Shown here: positions 1 to 21,728 of the stretch, in pieces
How positions within the stretch are numbered: position 1 is the first letter of the stretch
How the letters are laid out: the number at the start of each line of letters is the position of its first letter
Origin: Flaccisagitta enflata
Lineage: Eukaryota
Assembly (NCBI GenBank): GCA_965153355.1
Contig: OZ231126.1
Location: 4,092,001 to 4,156,000 of the forward strand
DNA length: 64,000 nucleotides
Direction: 5' to 3'
Position numbers and translations under genes: made by a program
The notes under the pieces: model-generated
Databases searched by the model: none
Seen by the model: only the letters and a program-made list of their open reading frames with translations
Told to the model about the DNA's origin: nothing

Positions 1-650
1 TGGTGTGACATACATTGGAGAAAACTGGGTGGTGTGACATACATCGGAAAATTCTGGGCTGTGTGACATACATTGGAGAAAACTGGCTGGTGTGACATAC
101 ATTGGAAAATTCTGGGCTGTGTGACATACATTGGAGAAAATAGGGTGGTGTGACATACATCGGAGAATTCTAGGCTGTGTGACATACATTGGAGAAAACT
201 GGCTGGTGTGACATACATCGGAGAATTCTGAGTTGTGTGACATACATTGGAGAAAACTGGGTGGTGTGACATATATCGGAGAAAACTGGGTGGTGTGACA
301 TACATCGGAGAATTCTGGGTTGTGTGACATACATTGGAGAAAACTGCGTTGAGTGACATACATCGGAGAATTCTGGGTGGTGTGACATACATCGGAGAAA
401 ACTGGGTAGTGTGACATACATCGGAGAATTCTGGGTTGTGTGACATACATTGGAGAATTCTGGGCTGTGTGACATACATCGGAGAATTCTGGGTTGTGTG
501 ACATACATTGGAGAAAACTGGGTGGTGTGACATACATCGGAAAAAACTGGATGGTGTGACATCGGAAAAAACTGGATGGTGTGACATACATTGGAGAATT
601 CTGGGTTGTGTGACATACACTGGAGAAAACTGGGTCGCGTGACATACATT
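1..650. repeat. ~29-30 bp minisatellite (TGTGACATACATTGGAGAAAACTGGGTGG), probably inside a Helitron/Helentron-like element ending near 731
   Basis: About 22 tandem units, followed by (GGAC)n and the perfect hairpin GTGTTCCAC-TATC-GTGGAACAC at 710-731. ORF 170..649 is a translation of the repeat. Confidence 0.9.
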
Positions 651-1151
651 TTTACATAGGAAAAATCTGGGACGGACGGACGTACACACGGAAAATTTCT
701 TAATATTTAGTGTTCCACTATCGTGGAACACAATGAGTGAATCAATCCGTGGAAAAAGAAAAAGAAATCTTCATGAGTGATTGCACAGTAAACATAATTC
801 TATCGCCTTTAGAAAAAGGTTCATTCGATATGTTTGTAACTCTGTCTTTATCTTTATCTTAGTCTTTATCGCGAGGTTTTATCATCACGGAGTTAAATTT
901 CACGACTTATACTAATTTGTGTCAATTTAACTTTTAAGTTATGGATTGTTTACAAGGACGTTGTTAGTGTCCGTCTGGATCGAGTCATCGTCAACGTAGC
1001 TTTTCGACGGAAACGGCGAGTCTGTTAATACTATAGCCTATAACGCCCTTAAATCAAGGCCCAAGTCATTTCCCATACCGTTCCTATATGATCTGGCGTA
1101 GTAAACATCTTAAGCTTTCCAGTCAGTCCACTTTCCTGACACTCCACCTGA

Positions 1152-9977
<8,826 letters not shown>

Positions 9978-10803
9978 CCTTAAATGTCGCTTGAAGTGAC
10001 CACGGCGATAATGACAATGCGGACAACATTTGTTGTTATTCAACCGGCTCACGTCCTTCAACCTTTAATTCTCGCTGCCAAGGAAGTGGCTGAAGCTCAT
10101 CGCCACTGAAACCATGGCGATAACGATGACAACACCAAAAACAATGACAAGACTAAAGTAACTGTAACAATGTTCCTTGATGGCCAAACTGCTTGCGTCT
10201 CTTCAACCTGTGATTCTCGCTGCCAAGGAAGAGGCTAAAGCTCATCACCCCTAACCTTTAATGACACTGAAGTGACCATGAATGACACTGAGTGAAGTGA
10301 CCACGGCGATGGTGACAATGCGGACGACATTTACCTTGATAGTCAACCCGCTTGCGTCTCTTCAACCTGTAATTCTTGCTGCCAAAGAAGTGGCTAAAGC
10401 TCATTACCACTGAAACAATGGTGAGGATGATGACAATACTAACGACAATGGCAACAAGATAATAGCTATATAACATTGCCCCTTGATGGCCAAGCTGCTC
10501 ACATCTTTTTAACCTGTGATTCTCGCCGCCAAGGAAGCAGCTAAAGCTCATCATCACTGACCTGCACCCGTAATGCCACTTTATGAAGTGACCATGGCGA
10601 AGATGACAATTTGAATGACATTTACGATGGTCAACCCGCTCGCCTTTCTAAAGTTAACCTGTGAACCGAAGCTCATTACCACTGACCTGTCATGACACTT
10701 TATGAAGTGACCATGGCGATGATAACATTTCAGACACAATTTGCTTTGATCGTCAACCCGCTCGCATCTCTTTAACCTGTGAACCAAAGCTCATCACCAC
10801 TGA
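9978..10803 (+). repeat. Six degenerate copies of the PAK terminal coding segment plus stop codon, in the 3' UTR or flank
   Basis: CAACCTGTGATTCTCGCCGCCAAGGAAGCGGCTAAAGCTCATCACCACTGA-like copies end at ~10109, 10254, 10413, 10560, 10685 and 10803. Confidence 0.9.
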
Positions 10804-11749
10804 CCTCCTACATCGAGTTAGCGAAAACGTCGAGGATTGTACGGACGACGACGACCACGACGTCGGCAACAACGATGATTCGAACAATCATCAAGCGAAG
10901 ATGGTAGATTGCTCATGATCAGCGGAAATGACGTCACTCTCTGCATTCTCAATGTGGCTGCAAATAAAAAATAACCTCCCCATTTACGCTTTTCCGCGTT
11001 CCATTTGACATTGTCTGACCTTTCGTCGTCGACGCTGCCATTGGACTGAGTCTCAGAATACGTGTAGACCTGTTCTCATGATATTCGCCCGATAGCTCAA
11101 TGTTCTACTATGTTCCACGAAATTATTCATGAAAGCCACTTTTGGGTCTCGACCTCTACGTAAACTCTCCCGAAGCTCCGATGAGATTTATATGGAATTC
11201 CTTCATCTTTCCTTGTAAGACGATTACAGATTCTACAACCAACCAGCAAATTCGCGGTACCGTCGCCGCATTTTCTCGTTATTCCGCGCTTTGCCTTGGA
11301 AATCACTCTAAATCTAATGCAGAACCTAGACTTGGTTTTCGCCTTCCGTTGTCGGCGTGTTTCATTTGATAGCTCGGCGCTCAATACTGGCCTAAACCAA
11401 TGCCCGTACTAAGCGTAACCCTAATGCCTAATTCAATATTAACACACCGTTCCTAGCTTGAAACGGAAACCAATCAACAATGAGCGTCTTCTAATCTTTT
11501 ATCCGATAAATTGTTATTAGGCCCTCTTCTTAGATTTTGAAATGAGGACCAGATCTCAATTTCTACTCTTTCTCTCTCTCTCACACACATACACATTCAC
11601 ACACACAACTTCACAAGCCATCTCTCTCGCTCTAAAAACGTTTTGATTCAATTTGTAAGTGATAACCATTAACTTCTCATTCGCTTTCATCTTTCGTCAA
11701 CTTTCTCTAGTGCACTGTCTTTCTGTCTTTCTGTCTTTCTTTCTTTCTG

Positions 11750-11800
<51 letters not shown>

Positions 11801-12547
11801 CTTTCCTTCCTGCTTTCTTTCTCTTTCATTCCTGCTTTCTTTCTTTCTTTCTCTTTCTTGCTTTCTTTCGATCTCTCTTTCCTCTTTCTTTCACTCTCAG
11901 GCTGACGCGAAGTTACACTGATGGATTAAATTTAGAAGAGCGACTCATCCGACCTTTTTCTAACCAACCCAGTGACAAATATTCAAGCAATGAATGAATT
12001 CAGAACGTTTGTTTTAAGAAAGGATTAAAGAATAGATTCCGGATACTAGCGATTTCGCTCATGGTAATTTATGCAATTTTGAAAATTTTGGTATCGTGTT
12101 TGGTTGCTGGTGATAAGCGTAAATTTAGGGAATAAAAAAGTGATTCTTCTTTTGTCATCCGGTCTCACTGAGGAGGTCCAAGTGTGAATCTGACCAAAGG
12201 GAAAATTGTTGAAAAAAAATGAGATCGAGTGAGAGAAATTACCCAAATGCTCTCTCCCTTAATCGAGATTTGATAATAAATTTTGAGAAAAAAATAAAGC
12301 TAAAAGGGTTCTCATATGTAATTGATGTGAAAATCCAAGCTGCTGAGGCTGTGGTGGTGCAAACCCGGCATGAATTGGAGGTCGAACTGACACCTTCGGC
12401 CTTCTTAGATGTTCATTGTTCAGGACTTGATCTTGAGGGTCATATTGTCAGTAGCACTGATGGACAATCCTTATGGTTTCTTCTTCTGTTCATGCTTTCT
12501 TGCATCAACTGAATGTCTGTCAGTTTATGCTCTTTCGGTATTTGTAT

Positions 12548-12650
<103 letters not shown>

Positions 12651-13625
12651 CAATTAAGCTTCCCTCAAGATGATAGGTCTTTTCACTCGATCATTTTTTT
12701 GCAGGTTCCTCTTTTTTCCTTTCTCGTGACCTCCAAGCCTCCATTAAGCATAATTACAGAGATGCGATTTCTCTTTGAAAATGAACCACCATTTTGGCAA
12801 TGAAAAAGGAAATGGGTTGTCTAGACGCTGAAACCCATCCTAGGCATTCTTTAATTCTCATCTTAGGTTAAATGGCCCAACCTCAATCACTCACCGGAAA
12901 TGCCTCGAGGCTGTTCTACCATCAAGGAAATAAGTTTACTAACGCTGTCAATTTTGAAAGAGTGCTTATTTTGATGAAAGTACAAATTAGCTATTGGTTA
13001 ATAGCTTTAGATTTGTTATATTTGAAACGGGTAAGATAACTTTTCAAAACTGGATCATTCATTTATTGTAGTTCTATTCCTTTTCTTTGCGCTTTGAATC
13101 TTATCGCATTTTAATTCCAAAGATACTTTTTACTAAGGAAATCTTCCAATATTTGCGCGAATTTTTATTGAAACATTTTCTAATTTCCGGTTTCAAAAGA
13201 GACTCAAAATAAAAAACAGCAAAATTTCAGAACTGAAAAAGTAAGGAGTTTATTGGCAGTTAAGTATTTCTGATGCATATAGGAGTAATATCTTTCTAAA
13301 GTTAATGCTACTTTTAAAGTTTGGCTAAAGTTTTAAGTGTAGTTATACTTATTTTCAAGATAGCATGACAGTGTTCTTCATGGCTAGCTGTTAATTGTAC
13401 CTCATGGCTACTTGTTAATTGTACCGGGCGCTGACGCTGTCATGATGCCGCTGCCGGAATGAATCCACTTCTACCGGTCAACGGCAAATCATATCCATAA
13501 AACCAATCCAAAAATCTCCCAATATGGAACTACATTTCAGCCTGATGGGAACTCCGACTCGAGTAGACCAAAATTTGATTTGTATATTGATCTTTGTTGC
13601 GTCCACAAGTGAGCGACGTCAGACT

Positions 13626-13803
13626 TATTAGTCGCGTGCACGCGACTTTACAACCCGCTTTGTCCGTCGGCTGGTCGGTCACGTTTTACTTTTTTTTTTT
13701 TTTTTTTGGCCCCACTTCTCCTGCCCAAATGGTCAAGTGACTTCAAATATGGCCCCTTCCCACCCGCACGTGACTAGGGTAGCCATGTATCCGGCCTTGT
13801 TTT
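13626..13803 (+). mobile_element. Short non-autonomous Helentron/HINE(DINE-1)-like element, family A; other copies at 14143-14308(+), 20183-20365(-), 33262-33407(+), 41783-41965(+), 44367-44510(-) and 55465-55658(+)
   Basis: Shared layout: T-run, 5' palindromic AGTCGCGTG..CACGCGACT, (GTCG/GTCC)n microsatellite, GCCCACCCG plus a 3' subterminal repeat, GCCGTGTATCCGGC hairpin, then CTTGTT into a T-run, with no TSD. The classification is inferred from structure. Confidence 0.7.
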
Positions 13804-16138
13804 TTACCCTTCCCACCGACCGAGTGACTGTCTGCTCTTATTAGACACGCGGTTTTCTTAATCAAAAAGTTCATCCTGGACTATGTACGTCAAAAGAGGG
13901 CAGCTTCTATTACGTCCATCATTTAGTATGAAAATATTTTCCTTTGAATTGGGGGGGGGGGGAGAGACTCATTTTCTTTCTGGCTTTCTTTCTCTTGCTT
14001 TGTTGCCTTTCTTTCTTTTTTCCTTTCTTCCTTTCTTTCTTCCTTTCTTTCATTATTTCTTTTTCTCTCTGAAATATCGCGGGCGATCATCTTTCGCCTA
14101 CTTGATCTCAAGCCGAGCCTTCAACATTTCATTCCGCCGATTTTTTAGTTGCGGACACGCAACTCTATAAGAGGCTTTGTCCGTCCGTCGGTTGGTCGGT
14201 CGGTTGGTCGGTTGGTCCGTAGAGGTGATCGAGTCAAAAAGAGGGAAAACTCGCATTTCCGCCCCTGCCCACCCGTCTGCAAGTGGTGGCCGTGTATCCG
14301 GCCTTGTTGAAAAAACACACTGGTTGAAAAAAAAAGACTAAAAACTGAAGTTGAAAAACAAGAAATATATCATTGTATAGTGAAAAATGTTGCCTGAAAG
14401 CGGAGATTAGGAATGGCGCAAAGTTGTTGGATTTTCACACAAACTGAAAAAAAATTAGAATTTTTGGTGCTTCTTTTTTATATGATTTTTTTTTCTCCTG
14501 ACGATGCAATGCCTCTCTCTCTCTCTCAACTGTCTAGATCTATTTTTCTACGAGCATCATCACACGATCACGCGTTCTCTTCTTTGATTTGCATTTCATT
14601 TTGTGATTTGTCTACTGAGTTGTTTTTTACTACGGTATGTTTTTTTTTTCTCTTTCTTTGCGTTTTTACTATCCCGTCCAAAATATGTCAAAACTGTTAT
14701 TTAAAGAAATTATTTCCTCGGCTTCCTTTTTCTACAGCGTACATCCATCATGTTTTTTTTTTACCGCTTCATTGAAATTCCTCAATGCGTCCATAATCAT
14801 TATCACTATCATTGTCATCAGCATCATCATTTTCATCATTGTTGTCATCATCATTGTAATCGTGTATTTATAGATATTAATTTCTTTTACCTCGCTGACA
14901 CTTTCGCGCGCTTAAAAAAAAGAATTTAAAAACGCAATGGATTCGCTCACAAAATCTTACATCTAGTGATATAACCGGTCGAGGGCAGTGATAATCGTAG
15001 ATTTCATAAGTAACTAATGATTCTTAATTAGGTAGGATTCGAGAATCGACGGGCCAACCATGATATATATGTTGAGTGAATAAATGAATTTAATTTAAAA
15101 AACAAACACAAATACAGCGTAGGGCAATTGGAACAAACTTGCTTTCAGGGATAGTCAATGAAAGCCGATAAAAGCGTTTACTTTGTAACATTAATTTTAA
15201 GTTTAAAGTAATTAATATATTTCACTATGAAATGATTAGGTACTATTTCTAAAGATAATGTTTAAAAAATCTTCTAAGGCACTTTCAATATGATGGATAA
15301 CTTTAATTCAATCGATGAGAAAACTTATATCACATATTTATCATAGCTGGTCCGCCGTTTCCCGAAATATGCCATAAGCAATGTTGTTACGAGTGACTCA
15401 CGGGCCTCCGCGGTGGAATTTTCCCGTTTAAAAAAGCTGCGAATTTTAATATTTCCTCGTCGCGAAACGCATTTGAACTTAGTTCCTGCATATTCCGAGA
15501 TGTTGGATCAAATCCAACTTTTAAGCTCGTGTTTATTTTCATTGTAATTAAAAATCCATAGTTGCCAAGATTATGTCCGTCAAATTTCGATTTTTAAAAC
15601 GGAAAGAGCGAATATACGAAATGGTTACAAGTTGCAAAAAAAAAAGGAAAACTGATCTGTGAACATTAAAAAAAAAAAAAATTATATGAACAATTTCGCC
15701 TAATGAATGTTTATTTTTATCGAGAAATCTCTCTTTTTTGTGTCCGTATTCTTTTAAATGACGTATTATTATTATTATTTGCGTACAATTGATTAGGTAA
15801 GAAAACAGAACGAAGGAAATCGATTCATGCATGGTGATAATCACACTCGAGAATCAATCAAATCAATCAAAAAGAATAATACAAAAACTTGCTTCCGTGT
15901 GTCAAAAACACTATAAAGTATATAAGCGGCTCTCGGTGGAAAAAAGAAAAAAATAAAGCAGCAAGTACAAATATATAAGCAATCAGAAAATCCTTCATTA
16001 TAGTGATTTAAAAAAAAAAAAAGTCATTCTTTTTTTCCCCCGTGCGCTACGGTTGACGTCTAGCAGGAAAAAGCGCGAGAGACGCAAAAGTTATCATTTA
16101 AAGTATAGACGAGAAAGACGCAAAAAACACCGCCAACC

Positions 16139-17755
16139 ATGTTGAAGTGGATAAACAGTGACGGGCGTAATAAGAATCCGGAAGTGTTCGAGACGGTGGT
16201 CGAGGGTCTCAAGACCATCTACAAACAGAAGATCTTCCCATTGGAGGAGCATTACCGCTTCCACGACTTCCACTCGCCCGTTCTGCAAGAGGCCGACTTC
16301 GAAGCCAGACCCATGATCCTCTTAGGTCCTGTTTCTAGTTGTGACAATCGCGTTTTGAAAGGGCCACTCGGTCGCTCGCTACGTTCGTTCGCTCGCACCG
16401 CTCACTCCGCTCACTCGCTCCGCAGCGCTCCGCTGCGCTTCGCTCGCTTTGCTCGCTTCGCTCGCTCGCTCCGTTCACGGGCTCGCTCACTCACTTCGCT
16501 CACTCCCTCGTGGGACAGTGGAAATTATAGAATATGTGTTCACGCTGTAAATGTGTTCAAGGGGAACAAACGCGTTTTACATCTTCACTGGAAACACGCC
16601 CTTAGTCGGCCAATATTCAACCGGCAAAACCACCTTCATCAAGTATCTGTTGGAAAGGGATTTTCCGGGGATTAGGATCGGACCGGAGCCGACCACCGAC
16701 CGATTCATAGCCGTCATGTACGGAGATCAAGATGGGGTGAGTTTACAAACGAGCTGAGAGAGCGAAGGGCGATGTGTAACCGAGTTTGTATTGGCGATTT
16801 ATTACTTTGGTTGTATGATATTCAAGCTGGAATACACTTTTTATTTTTTATAAGAACCTAGTTTATAAGAACATCAAGGCTTTAAATAGCTTCAGAATTA
16901 AGAACATCTTAAGAACATATGAAAGCTTCAAATTATGAGAAAAAAAAATGTTAATGTTAAAACTAAAAATTTTTTTGATAAAACACTTTAAATAATATGA
17001 TTACTATAAAATTTTATTTTTTTTATTATTTTTAATCAAAATAATAAAAGAATATCACCAGATATCACAATTTAGTATCTACTTTAGTATTTACTAACAT
17101 GTATGTATTAAGTATTATTAAATAACAATGAATTATAATGTTTGTTATAGCTTTTATAGTACAGTTAAGCTTCACTAGAAGGCATTTGAAGGGACTGAAT
17201 CATTCTATGCCTTCAAGGCGGGATGCCTTATTGCCGAGTATGACTTTCTCTATGGTTTAGATTGATAATTGTTTCTCTCTTGTAGACAATACTTGTCAGA
17301 TTGTCATGCCATGTGTTAGGAAAATTACATACGTACTGATAAACATAGTGCAACTTGAAGATTGTAAGATACCAAGTGACGGACCGAGTGTGGATGAACG
17401 CAGCATGTGAGAAATGCAGACAAATTTTTGTCTAAAATCAAGGCCAAGAATTTTACCAATTTTATGGGTCACGATCTATTTCTTACTTCTTATTCAAAAT
17501 CAAGTTAAGATAGTGAATGGTAACTCGTGGCTTTGGGCGGCATTCTTTCTCCCAATTTCGTATCGTCATCATCGTCATTTGAAGTCGATGATATCTGCAA
17601 CCTCGGTTTCATCTTGATCGTCGATCGCCATCGTCATGGCAATGCATCAAAATCGGGATCATCGAAAACGCCATTGAAACTTGGGAATCACCGATATCAA
17701 CATCACAAACATCGCTCTTAGAAACCAAGACCTTCATTCTTCTTCTTCTTCTTCT

Positions 17756-17802
<47 letters not shown>

Positions 17803-20800
17803 TTCTTCTTCTTCGTGCCTTCCAAGCGAGCACGAAAAACCGTAATTCATACCTATTTTATGCCTTCTAGTGAAGTATGCCTTATAGGCGAGTGCGCTAT
17901 AGACGGGTTTTCTTAACAATAGAATTAAGGCAAAAAAGTTGGGACTTTTGATAATGTGCCATTTAGCGAGGGATGCCTTATTAGCGGGTGCGCTCTAGTG
18001 AAGCTCGACTGTACTTGAAATTAAGAACGCTGTAAGAACGTTGAAGGCTTGATTTGACCCTAAAAATAAGAACATAAAGCCTTTGAAAAAAAAATGACGT
18101 TCTTATAAAAAATAAAAAGTGTACAACTGTGAATCGGTTGCGCTCAACTTGTGCAATGCAGACATGAATGCAGCTTAGCTCGCTTGCATCCGTTCAGCTC
18201 CGATATCGCGATAGTTGCGACAAACCGGAAATTAAATTTCTCTCTTTCGATTCATGTAAATTTTCGATCCTTGGTATTATTCCCAGAAAGTAAGTATTGT
18301 TGGTTTGATATCATTATGTCATGGACTTAAACCCAAACTGTTCTTACCAACCTTTCCAACCAACTTACACCTCAGCTCTTGTCAAAAGACGGTGTCGATA
18401 AGTGGGGGAATTGCAGGGGATGGAGGGGAGGGGGGGGGGGGAATTTGTTCTGCAGTTACTCAGTCGGGATAAACGTGAACGTGCCCCTAAAGTTACTATT
18501 TTGCCGTCGTTAATCTTTTTGTCCATCTTTCCTAAATTGTGAAATCATCCAAATTCCTCTTGTTACATCGTTAACTTGATTCTTTATATTAACCCTAATC
18601 ATCTTTGTAACTTAAATCTAAGCTAATACATTCTTCATTGATTTGTCCTTATTAGGTGGTTCCCGGTAACGCGTTGGTGGTCGACCCTAAGAAGCAATTT
18701 CGTCCTTTGTCCAAATTTGGCAACGCCTTCCTTAACCGGTTCCAGTGCTCACAAGCCAAAAGCGACGTTCTCAGATCTATCAGTATTGTCGACACCCCAG
18801 GAATCTTGTCAGGTAATTGCATATGAATTGAGCAGGTCATTGTTGGTCTACTTGATACTTAGTTTTGTTTGTCGAGTGGAGTCTCCTAGGAGTTGTGTTT
18901 TACCAGTTATAAGTCGCATATCTAGGATATATATTGGATGATGTAGGATCAACCGAAATCCAGTTTTACCGTAACTCTTTTGTCAACCCTCGCTTTTGTA
19001 AACCCCCCCCCCCCATTTTGGATGTTGAGGCATGGTGGCGCTTAGGGGTAAACTATCTGGCTCTACTTTGTTTGAACGTTTCGTGTTCTATGTTGTGACA
19101 GTTTTAGAATTTGAAATAAAACACCAAATGAACCCCAATCTCTCTAAACTCTTTTAACGTACCTGTCCCTTTGTTCCATCTCCATTGACTCCACTCTTGA
19201 CCAAACTTCCCCCTCCCTCCCTCCGACCCCACGCCGTTTTCTTCTTCCCCCCCCCTCCACCCCCCCTCACAACATCCAACGACAGGCGAGAAACAGCGCA
19301 CCGATCGCGGCTACAATTTCACGGGCATCCTGGAGTGGTTCGCCGAACGCGTGGACCGCATCTTGCTGCTGTTCGACGCCCACAAGCTCGACATTTCCGA
19401 CGAATTCCGGCGCAGCATCGAAGCTCTCCGCGGCCACGACGATAAAATCCGCATCATCCTCAACAAGGCCGACATGGTGGATCATCAGCAGCTGATGCGC
19501 GTCTACGGCGCCCTCATGTGGTCCTTGGGTAAAGTCCTGGCCACGCCGGAAGTGGCGCGCGTCTATATCGGCTCGTTCTGGGATCAACCTCTGCATTTCG
19601 ACGCCAACCGGAAGTTGTTCGAAGCGGAAGAGCAGGATCTCTTCGGCGACTTGCAGTCTTTGCCGCGCAACGCCGCCTTACGGAAGCTCAACGACCTCAT
19701 CAAACGCGCGCGACTCGCCAAAGTCCACGCCTACATCATCAGTCATTTGAAGAAGGAAATGCCGTCCGTGTTTGGCAAAGAGGGCAAGAAGAAGGAGCTC
19801 ATCAACAAGCTCCCCGAAATCTACGAGCAAATCCAACGCGAACATTCGATTTCTCCCGGGGATTTCCCGCCCATCGAACGCATGCAGGAAGTCCTCGAAC
19901 ATCAAGACTTTAGCAAATTCAACCTCTTGAAACCGAAAATGTTGGAGACGGTGGACAAGATGCTGGCCGAGGACATCGCCAGATTGATGGCGCAAATCCC
20001 GCTCGAAGACGGCGCCAAAACTGGCGGCGAAGTCGAAGGAGGCGCCTTTCAGGTACAAGTTCTTTTTTTTTTGGGGGGGGGGGCCCCCCCTCTTATAGTC
20101 GTGGAGACGGATGTTTTGGAAGGCGAGTTTTCGCCAGTCGATTCCTTCATTTGCACGTCGGTTCATTGGGACTCGTTGAGAAAAACAAGGCCGGATACAC
20201 GGCTACCCTAGTCGCGTGCGGGTGGGCAGGAGCAGTGCTGGATAAGGTCACCAGGGCATCTGGGCAGGAGCCATATGCTCAAAAACGCCCAAAAAGTAAA
20301 AGGGGACCAACCAACCGACGGACCGACATAGCGGGGTGTAGAGTCGCGTAGCACGCGACTAAAAACGCAACTGCCAGAGGCGTATGACAGTGGACCGCCA
20401 CGGCCTTGTCTGATGCACCGACTCTGTGCGTCAAACCTCAAATGAGCACAAATCACGCATCTTTATACACTTTTTGGGCAGCGGCCCCGAAGGGGCCGAT
20501 GACCTATGCTTTCACACAGGGGAAATTTTTCCTCCTCCTTCTCCAGCGTACCCCCCCCCCCCCAGCCTCAAGCCTCAGAGGCCAAATTCTAGCCTAGATG
20601 TCTAATTTCCAGTCACCCGCCCCTAAATCCTAGCCTCAAAGCCCGAATTCCTACCCCAAATCTCAAATTCTAGGCTCAAAGCTTAAATCCCAGCCTTGAA
20701 GCTCAAATCCCAGCCTCGAGGCCCAAATCTCAGCCTTGTTGCTCAAATCTCAGCCTCGAGGCCCAAATCCCAGCCTCAAGGCCCAAATCCCAGCCTCAAG

Positions 20801-21728
20801 GCCCAAATCCCAGCCTCAAGGCCCAGATTCCAGCCTCAAGGCCCAAATCTCAGTCTCGTTGCCCAAATCCCAGCCTCAAGGCCCAATTCCAGCCTCCAGG
20901 CTCAAATAAAAACAGCATAGGTCATCGGCCCCTTCGGGGCCGCTGCCCCTCTCACCGCCTCAGACCCTCATACACTCACTTAGGGGCAACGGGTACCGCT
21001 GACCATCTAACGCTTTTGCGACTATTATTTTTTATAAGAACGTCATTTTTTGGCCAAAGCCTTTAAAAGAGATAGAGATAGCTACTAATAAATTAACTAT
21101 GATGTTCTTGATTTTAGAGCAATTTCAAGCCTTGACGTTCTTATAAACTAGGTTCTTATAAGAAATAAAAAGTGTACACGCTTTCTTTATGAGATAAACA
21201 ATTATTCCCTTGAAACCACGACATATGTGAATAACTGCCTTTATCCCCCCCCCTCCCCCCACCTCTTCCCTCCGCCGCCGCCTTACACGTCCCTCACCTT
21301 TTCTCAAACCAAACCACAAACAGTCTGTCACCGACCCGGAAGTGTCTCCCTTCGGTTACGGACGCGGCGAGGGCGTCGACGCCGGTCGAGGCGAGACGGA
21401 TTGGGTCGTCGGCCACGAAAGATACAAATACGACGAAAAGTTCGACATGTTGGATCCCATCAACGGCAAAGTCTCGGGGGCCAAGGCCAAGAAGGAAATG
21501 GTCAAATCCAAACTGCCCAATAGCGTGTTGGGGAAAGTGTGGAAATTATCGGATGTCGACAAGGACGGCCAATTGGACAAAGACGAGTTCGCTTTGGCCA
21601 TGCATTTGATCCAAGTCAAGTTGGACGGGCACGATTTGCCGGATGAACTGCCCACGCATCTCTGCCCGCCGGCGAAACGCGGCGGCGGCGCCGATGGGGA
21701 AGGAGGACAAAATGGATTCTACGAGTGA
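16139..21728 (+). CDS. EHD1: EH-domain-containing protein (EHD1/Past1/RME-1), dynamin-like ATPase, 548 aa
   Basis: Exons 16139-16325, 16606-16736, 18656-18812, 19286-20052 and 21324-21728 (1647 nt, phase consistent). Motifs: PMILLVGQYSTGKTTFI (P-loop), IGPEPTTDRF, DTPGILSGEKQR, NKAD, and a C-terminal EH domain (LPNSVLGKVWKLSDVDKDGQLDKDEFALAMHL). Confidence 0.96.
16325..16601 (+). mobile_element. PIF/Harbinger-type MITE forming EHD1 intron 1 (Introner-like; intron 16326-16605)
   Basis: TTA target duplication at 16322-16324 and 16602-16604. Imperfect TIRs GGTCCTGTTTCTAGT / ACTGGAAACACGCCC (12 of 15 match). Internal CGCT-rich repeats are shared with the copy at 45501-45748. Confidence 0.9.
16835..18121. 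mobile_element. Tc1/mariner-type MITE with TA TSD; related fragments at ~8335-8407 and ~21025-21176, and a related element at 47701-48173
   Basis: TA|CACTTTTTATTTTTTATAAGAAC...GTTCTTATAAAAAATAAAAAGTG|TA. Confidence 0.8.
17162..18011. mobile_element. Tc1/mariner(pogo)-type MITE nested in the 16835-18121 element; contains a (TTC)n tract at 17737-17814
   Basis: TA|CAGTTAAGCTTCACTAGA...TCTAGTGAAGCTCGACTG|TA. Confidence 0.75.
20471..21028 (+). mobile_element. Helentron/HINE-like element, family B, with an internal 20-bp minisatellite (CAGCCTCAAGGCCCAAATCC); other copies at ~26570-27087(-), ~53570-53988(-) and ~57683-58348(+)
   Basis: 5' TTTT-GGGCAGCGGCCCCGAAGGGGCC, inverted subterminal GGCCCCTTCGGGGCCGCTGCCC, and a conserved GGGCAACGGGTACCGCTGACCA near the 3' end, all shared between copies. 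Confidence 0.7.

Noticed and set aside
1-650. 29-30 bp repeats resembling a CRISPR array
   Set aside because: The units are contiguous with no unique spacers, there are no cas genes, and the context is a eukaryotic intron.
16139-16675. 178-aa ORF as a standalone Arg-rich protein
   Set aside because: It is EHD1 exon 1 reading through into the MITE-derived intron.
19678-20166. Minus-strand ORFs over EHD1, and + strand ORFs at 42702-43737
   Set aside because: They are antisense shadows of GC-rich coding exons.
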